Origin: Clostridia bacterium
GTDB lineage: Bacteria; Bacillota; Clostridia; TANB77; CAG-465
Direction of reading: 5' to 3'
Assembly (NCBI GenBank): GCA_029256705.1
Contig: JAQSXK010000002.1
Location: 55,542 to 119,541 of the forward strand
DNA length: 64,000 nt
The translations under genes and the position numbers were made by a program. The notes beneath the pieces were generated by a model. That model did no database searches. It was not told the origin of the DNA and saw only the letters and a program-made list of their open reading frames with translations. Below, in pieces: positions 58,237 through 64,000 of this stretch; position 1 is the first letter of the stretch, and every line of letters begins with the position of its first letter.

Positions 58237-59937
58237 ATGTCAATTGTTTCAAACAAATATTTAATTAAACTAAAAGAAAAATGTAATCTATCTGAAAAAT
58301 TTCTTGAAACCATATCAGGACTTTTTGATAAGTTGATAGAATTTGGATATATATCAAAATATAGTGTAAATAAATTATCAAAAAAATTGTATGATAACAT
58401 TGATTTTGTTATCTTAGCTGACAATAAAAAATATGATTATAAATCTGGATACTATGATGCTTCAAGAAAAGAATTATATATTAAAGATTTATCTAATTTA
58501 CAATCAGTTTATCTTAGATTATTATATATACTAACAACTAAAGAAATTGATGAAAATGTATTTTCGGTTGGTTTTAGTAAAACTCAAATATCTAAAACTA
58601 ATTATAAAATAATACATTCAAATTTCGGTTTAAATAGAGCTATAGTATCTAATTTGGTTTGTAGACTACTATACACCTTACCTACTACATTATCTATTGT
58701 TCCTACATATAGAACATATGAAAATGATTTTTTAGGTGTTAAAGTAGTTTCAGATAATGATATGTACTTTCTAGAAGGAAAATTAGTAAGACAAATGTGC
58801 TTTACTTTAGGTGTAAATGAAGAGATTTTATATAGTACTTTGTTTAAAAACAATCCTAGTAAGTATGTTGCAAAACTATTAAACAGAATAAATACAATTG
58901 AAGTATTTAGTAAATTAGATGATGTTAGTAGAATGTACTCAAATTACAATAAATTATGTTATTTCAATAGACTTCTTAGTGATAATTATATAGAAATTAG
59001 AAAACATTGTATTTCAAAAGATGAAGTTTTAAATGAATATTTAGAAAACGAGAAAAATTTACAATCAATGATACGAAGTATATTAGATAAGTTAAACCCT
59101 GAAGGACAAAATAATACTAATGATCTAGACATGGATTTAAGTTCTAGTTTATCTGAAAATATAAACTCATTAGAAGATAAAATATTAATAAATATAGCTG
59201 ATATTCAATCTACTTTAGTAGATACTTTTATAAATAGAAAAAAACATTATAGTCCAATCCAGTATGTAGTCAACTTAAAAAAATTAGAAAGTATGTTAGT
59301 TCTTAATAATAAAAGCTTAAAAGCAGAAATTTACAAATCTATATCTCACGAAATAATACACGCTAATGAACAAACATGTACTAATATAATTGAAAAAATA
59401 AAATATTCTCTTGCAAATTATATTTTAACTGATGAAAGATATGCAAAAGTATATAGTGACTCATACTTTAAAAGATTATTATCAATGGATAATATGGAAG
59501 ATGAAGCATTTGTTTTAATATCTAATAATGAATTTTCCGAAATTGCATATATATCTAATTTAGATAATGATATGGAAGATTTGATTAAAAATACAACTTT
59601 CCTAAAACTTAAAAATTTACGTCATATTCTTAACGTATCTAGTAAAAATTCAGATGATATAGAAAATATATTTACTAAATTAAAAAGTACTTTTCAAACT
59701 TTCAAAAACGTCAATATTGAAAATATATTCATATGTAAATTTGAAACAACAACATTTTTACTTATTGTTCAAAAAGATAGTTCAAGCGTTGTAAAAATAG
59801 ATAAAGATCTAAATTTAAAAATTGTAGATTTATCTGAAAATTATAATATAATTGGTGAAACTAGAAGAAATTTACCAGTTGTTCAAAAAGAAACAAGAAT
59901 CAATAAATTAATAAGTATTCTTTCAATATTTAACTAA
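58237..59937 (+). CDS. hypothetical soluble protein (566 aa)
   Basis: ATG at 58237 preceded by GGAGGA; no TM and no recognised motif; Asn/Asp/Lys-rich. Confidence 0.45.
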   Translation: MSIVSNKYLIKLKEKCNLSEKFLETISGLFDKLIEFGYISKYSVNKLSKKLYDNIDFVILADNKKYDYKSGYYDASRKELYIKDLSNLQSVYLRLLYILTTKEIDENVFSVGFSKTQISKTNYKIIHSNFGLNRAIVSNLVCRLLYTLPTTLSIVPTYRTYENDFLGVKVVSDNDMYFLEGKLVRQMCFTLGVNEEILYSTLFKNNPSKYVAKLLNRINTIEVFSKLDDVSRMYSNYNKLCYFNRLLSDNYIEIRKHCISKDEVLNEYLENEKNLQSMIRSILDKLNPEGQNNTNDLDMDLSSSLSENINSLEDKILINIADIQSTLVDTFINRKKHYSPIQYVVNLKKLESMLVLNNKSLKAEIYKSISHEIIHANEQTCTNIIEKIKYSLANYILTDERYAKVYSDSYFKRLLSMDNMEDEAFVLISNNEFSEIAYISNLDNDMEDLIKNTTFLKLKNLRHILNVSSKNSDDIENIFTKLKSTFQTFKNVNIENIFICKFETTTFLLIVQKDSSSVVKIDKDLNLKIVDLSENYNIIGETRRNLPVVQKETRINKLISILSIFN

Positions 59938-59949
59938 TTTATAAAATAA

Positions 59950-59988
59950 AAATAGAACTGTGATTTATTTCGCAGTTCTATTTTTATT
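59950..59988. terminator. bidirectional rho-independent terminator
   Basis: AATAGAACTG ... CAGTTCTATT stem followed by T-run. Confidence 0.6.
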
Positions 59989-60021
59989 TTAATTATATTT
60001 TATAACTTTTTTAATAATACC

Positions 60022-62034
60022 TTAAGCAATTTCTTCACTAAATTGACTATTATATAGTTTTGAATAATATCCATCTTTTTCAAGTAATTCATCATGATTT
60101 CCACGTTCTACTATTCTACCGTGATCCATAACAATTATTACATCTGCATTTTTAATAGTAGATAATCTATGGGCAATTACAAAACTTGTTCTTCCTTGCA
60201 TCAATTTATTCATAGCTTTTTGTATTAACTCTTCTGTTCTTGTATCTACATTACTAGTAGCTTCATCAAGTATAAGAATTGGTGCATTAGCTAAAATTGC
60301 TCTTGCAATTGTAAGCAATTGTTTTTGTCCTTGAGATATATTATTAGCTTCTTCATTAAGTACAAATTCGTATCCACCAGGTAAAGCTCTAATAAAGTGA
60401 TCTGCATGTGCTAAATAAGCAGCTTGCTCTACTTCGCTATCTGTAGCATCTTGTTTTGAATATCTTAGATTTTCACGTATAGTTCCATTAAATAGCCAAG
60501 TATCTTGAAGTACCATCGCAAACATTTTTCTAATATCTAACCTTGTCATATCTTTAATAGAAACATTATCTATTTTAATATCTCCACCTTGTATATCATA
60601 AAATTTCATAAGTAAATTTACTATTGTAGTTTTTCCAGCTCCTGTAGGTCCAACAATTGCAACTGTTTGACCAGGTTTTACATCTAAACTCCAATTTTCA
60701 ATTAATTTTTCATCTTTGCTATAACTAAATTCAACATTATCACAAATTATGTTTCCTCTTACTAAATCAATTTTTACAGGATTTTCTGTATCTAAAGATT
60801 CTTCTTCTTCATCTAAAATTTCAAAAACTCTTTCAGCAGAAGCAACCGTTCCTTGTATCATATTCATCATATTTGCTGCTTGAGCTATAGGTTGTGAAAA
60901 TTGATTAGTATATTGAATAAACGCTTGTATGTCACCAATTGACATTCTACCCTTTATTACTAAATTTGCTCCAAGTACACATATCCCTATATATCCTAAA
61001 TTGTTTATTACATTAATAATTGGCATCATAAGTCCAGATAAAAATTGTGATTTCCAACTATGTCTATAAAGTTCATTATTTATTTTATCAAATTTTTCTA
61101 TCTCTGCATTTTGCATATTAAATGACTTAACAACTAAATCTCCAGAATAAGTTTCTTCAATATGTCCATTTATCTCTCCAAGTACCCTTTGTTGAGCCAT
61201 AAAATACTTTTGAGATACTTTTATAACAGAAACGATAAATATCATACTAACTGGTAATACTAAGATTGCAACGCCTGTCATGCTCAAACTAATAGTAATC
61301 ATCATTATAAGTATTCCTATAATAGTAAATACAGATTGTAATATTTGTACTAGGCTCTGTTGTAGCATTGTACTTATACTATCTATATCATTTGTTACTC
61401 TACTTAAAATTTCACCATGTGTATGTTTATCAAAAAATTTAAGTGGCAATCTATCTAATTTTTCATCCATTTCTTTTCTTAAATTATATGTAACTTTTTG
61501 AGCAATATATGCCATAGTTCTATTAGCAATATAAGTAAATAGTGCACTAACCACATATAAACCTACAATTACAAGTAGAATTTCACTTATATATTCAAAA
61601 TTTATTTTAGGTTCTTTATTTAATGATACTGCCTTAGCAACCTCTGGTATTTTAGATACATACTCTTCAGGTACAACTTTCATATCTATTAATGTTTGAA
61701 CTGTTGCATTTTCTGGCAAATTATTTTTTACAACGGTTGGTAATTTATCTAAAGTTTCTCTCATATTGCTGTATACCATTTTTTGCATTATATTATTTCC
61801 AAGTTCTGTAGTTGCTTTTCCTAATATTTTAGGAGAAACTACTGAAAGCACAGTTCCTAAAGCAAGTACAAAAAGTACTGCAATTACTGCTTTATTATAC
61901 TTACCTATATAATTTACTAATCTTTTAAAAGTTCCTTTAAAGTCTTTAGCCTTATCTGCTGGACTCATACCGCCCATAGGACCACCACCAAAAGGACCCT
62001 TAGGTGCTTTTTTTGCTTGATCTTTATTTTCCAC
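60022..62034 (-). CDS. ABC exporter, fused permease/ATP-binding subunit (YheH/BmrD-like)
   Basis: Gly-rich N-terminal extension, six TM helices, Walker A GPTGAGKT, signature ISQGQKQLL, Walker B ILILDEATS. Confidence 0.9.
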   Translation of the reverse strand: MENKDQAKKAPKGPFGGGPMGGMSPADKAKDFKGTFKRLVNYIGKYNKAVIAVLFVLALGTVLSVVSPKILGKATTELGNNIMQKMVYSNMRETLDKLPTVVKNNLPENATVQTLIDMKVVPEEYVSKIPEVAKAVSLNKEPKINFEYISEILLVIVGLYVVSALFTYIANRTMAYIAQKVTYNLRKEMDEKLDRLPLKFFDKHTHGEILSRVTNDIDSISTMLQQSLVQILQSVFTIIGILIMMITISLSMTGVAILVLPVSMIFIVSVIKVSQKYFMAQQRVLGEINGHIEETYSGDLVVKSFNMQNAEIEKFDKINNELYRHSWKSQFLSGLMMPIINVINNLGYIGICVLGANLVIKGRMSIGDIQAFIQYTNQFSQPIAQAANMMNMIQGTVASAERVFEILDEEEESLDTENPVKIDLVRGNIICDNVEFSYSKDEKLIENWSLDVKPGQTVAIVGPTGAGKTTIVNLLMKFYDIQGGDIKIDNVSIKDMTRLDIRKMFAMVLQDTWLFNGTIRENLRYSKQDATDSEVEQAAYLAHADHFIRALPGGYEFVLNEEANNISQGQKQLLTIARAILANAPILILDEATSNVDTRTEELIQKAMNKLMQGRTSFVIAHRLSTIKNADVIIVMDHGRIVERGNHDELLEKDGYYSKLYNSQFSEEIA

Positions 62035-63763
62035 TACTCATCGCCTCCTCTTCTGTTATTTGTGACATCACAACTTCTTTATATGCCTGACAATTTTCAA
62101 GTAATTCGTGATGTTTACCTTGAGCAATTATTTTACCTTCATCTAAAAATATAATGCTATCTGCATTCATTATAGTACTAACTCTTTGAGCAACAATAAC
62201 TAAAGTCGCCCCTTTTGTGTTTTCAATTAAAGCTTCTCTTAATTTTTTATCTGTTGTATAATCTAATGCTGAAAAACTATCATCAAAAACATATATATCT
62301 GGATTTTTAACTATTGCACGAGCAATAGATATTCTTTGTTTTTGTCCCCCAGAATAATTTGTTCCACCTTGAGATACAACAGAATCAAAACCTTTATCTA
62401 ATGAAGATATAAAGTCTAAGCTTTGTGCTATTTTAGCGGCTTCTTTAACTTCTTCATCTGTTGCATCTTGCTTACCATAACGTATATTCTCTGCTATTGT
62501 ACCAGAAAATAAATTAACTTTTTGTGGTACATAGCCTATCATATTTCTAAGAGATTGTAAACTCATTTCCTTTACAGGTACTCCTCCTACTGTTATTTCA
62601 CCAGAAGTTACATCATAAAATCTTAAAATTAAATTTAAAAGTGTACTTTTACCACTTCCTGTTCCACCTATAATGGCAACTGTCTCACCCTTATTTATTT
62701 TGAAATTTAAATCATTTAATACAGGTTCATTACTTTCGTTATATGCAAAAGTAACATTTTTAAACTCAATTTCTCCAGATTTAGTGCCTCTTTCAATATC
62801 CATTCCATTATCTTTTATACTTGGTTCAATTTCCAATACTTCATTAATTCTTTTAGCAGAAACAATAGCTCTTGGTATCATTATGAATAACATTGTAACC
62901 ATAAGTATAGAGAATAGTACTTGCATTGCATACTGCATAAATGCCATCATATCTCCTATTTGTAATGCACCATCACCAATTAAATGACTACCAAACCATA
63001 CTATAGCGATAGTTGAAATATTTATTATAAAAAATATTATTGGCATTAAACCAGACATTATATATGCTGCTTTTATTGAAGTTTCATATATATCTTTATT
63101 TGCTTTATCATATCTTTTACCCTCATACTCTTCAGTTCCAAAGGCACGTATTACTCTAACACCAGTAAGTTTTTCTCTAACTACTTGGTTTATTTTATCT
63201 GTTCTTTTTTGTATTTCTGTAAATAAAGGCACTATTTTTCTTGCAAGTAAAATTATAGCAGCAAGTAAAATAGGAATTACTACTACAAAAAGTAAAGAAA
63301 GTTCTAAATTTTTTGCTGTAGCCATAATTATTCCACCTATACACATCATAGGTGCTAATATCATCATACGAATCATCATTAATGTTAAGTTTTGTATTTG
63401 TGATACATCATTTGTTGTACGAGTAATCAATGATGATGTTTGTATTTTATTAAATTCGTTAAGTGAAAAATCCTCTACTTTAGTAAAAACTGCTTTTCTT
63501 AAATTTTTACCAAAACCTGCTGCAACTCTAGAAGCAATAAAAGTAGATATGATTGAACATATCATAGCCCCAAGTGTTACAAAAAGCATTTTACCTCCAT
63601 ACATCCATACACTATCCATATTTTGATCTACAACACCTTCATTTACTATTTCTGACATAAGAGTTGGTAAATATAAATTTGCAATAGACTGCAAAAATAT
63701 AAGTGTCATAGCAATTACAATTAAGATATTGTATTGCTTTAAATTTTTTAATACTTTTTTCAT
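62024..63763 (-). CDS. ABC exporter, fused permease/ATP-binding subunit (YheI/BmrC-like partner)
   Basis: Six TM helices, Walker A GGTGSGKST, signature YSGGQKQRISIARA, Walker B IYVFDDSFSALD; 11-nt overlap with the partner gene. Confidence 0.9.
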   Translation of the reverse strand: MKKVLKNLKQYNILIVIAMTLIFLQSIANLYLPTLMSEIVNEGVVDQNMDSVWMYGGKMLFVTLGAMICSIISTFIASRVAAGFGKNLRKAVFTKVEDFSLNEFNKIQTSSLITRTTNDVSQIQNLTLMMIRMMILAPMMCIGGIIMATAKNLELSLLFVVVIPILLAAIILLARKIVPLFTEIQKRTDKINQVVREKLTGVRVIRAFGTEEYEGKRYDKANKDIYETSIKAAYIMSGLMPIIFFIINISTIAIVWFGSHLIGDGALQIGDMMAFMQYAMQVLFSILMVTMLFIMIPRAIVSAKRINEVLEIEPSIKDNGMDIERGTKSGEIEFKNVTFAYNESNEPVLNDLNFKINKGETVAIIGGTGSGKSTLLNLILRFYDVTSGEITVGGVPVKEMSLQSLRNMIGYVPQKVNLFSGTIAENIRYGKQDATDEEVKEAAKIAQSLDFISSLDKGFDSVVSQGGTNYSGGQKQRISIARAIVKNPDIYVFDDSFSALDYTTDKKLREALIENTKGATLVIVAQRVSTIMNADSIIFLDEGKIIAQGKHHELLENCQAYKEVVMSQITEEEAMSSGK

Positions 63764-63769
63764 TCTTTT

Positions 63770-64000
63770 TTATCTTCCTTTCCGTTCAAAAAAATCAGTT
63801 GTTTTTGAAATTAATCTTATTAATTGTTTTGTGTCATCTTCACCAATATATTCAATATATTTTGACATTTCATTCTTAATTTCAATTTGAATCTTTTCTG
63901 TAAATTCTTCACCTTTAGGTGATATTTGTAAAAATATATTTCTTCTATCTGTTTTATCTATATTTCTTTCAATAAGTCCCTTTTCCTCAAGTAATGTAAT
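63770..64000 (-). CDS. MarR-family transcriptional regulator (C-terminal part; 5' end outside the window)
   Basis: ...ITLLEEKGLIERNIDKTDRRNIFLQISPKGEEF... winged-helix MarR signature; its stop lies 4 nt before the ABC exporter start. Confidence 0.6.
   Translation of the reverse strand: MTLLEEKGLIERNIDKTDRRNIFLQISPKGEEFTEKIQIEIKNEMSKYIEYIGEDDTKQLIRLISKTTDFFERKGR

Noticed and set aside
1-64000. CRISPR arrays or long tandem repeats
   Set aside because: No regularly spaced direct repeats were seen; the only notable repeats are the tRNA-associated direct repeat pair and short palindromes

Overview
This is an AT-rich (~26-28% GC) Firmicutes/Clostridia-type chromosomal window, densely coded mostly on the minus strand. 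Housekeeping genes recognised from motifs include uvrB, recG, leuS, pyk, rpmB, nth, dapF, cysK, glmU, rmuC, mgtA, an RluA-family pseudouridine synthase, a PBP5-type D-Ala-D-Ala carboxypeptidase and a heterodimeric ABC exporter pair. Sporulation and division genes (spoIVB, spoIIID, yabP-yabQ-divIC, sbp plus a DUF881 protein) mark an endospore former. Stand-out features are: (1) a 7.3-kb single-ORF bimodular NRPS with terminal reductase (C-A-T-C-A-T-R, predicted N-acyl dipeptide aldehyde), translationally coupled to an orphan 7TM-PAS sensor histidine kinase, sitting directly after divIC; (2) a leuS whose ORF carries an in-frame ~155-aa insertion with a perfect Nudix box after the CP1 editing domain; (3) a three-gene cassette encoding a minimal membrane-anchored S8 subtilase, a small Cys-containing protein and a secreted/membrane protein with a His-rich C-terminus, possibly a bacteriocin-like maturation module; (4) an accessory stretch (about 51.4-55.3 kb) with a frameshifted polymorphic-toxin C-terminal remnant (PT-Hint plus CT toxin), orphan immunity-like genes, and a tRNA-Leu(UAG) followed by a 1.5-kb mini-island bounded by ~87-bp direct repeats of the tRNA 3' half; (5) a protein combining a PIN domain with an HTH-like N-terminus. 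Several sigma-A-type promoters, operator-like palindromes and rho-independent terminators are also annotated. All calls come from motif reading of the supplied translations and sequence; no database searches were run.
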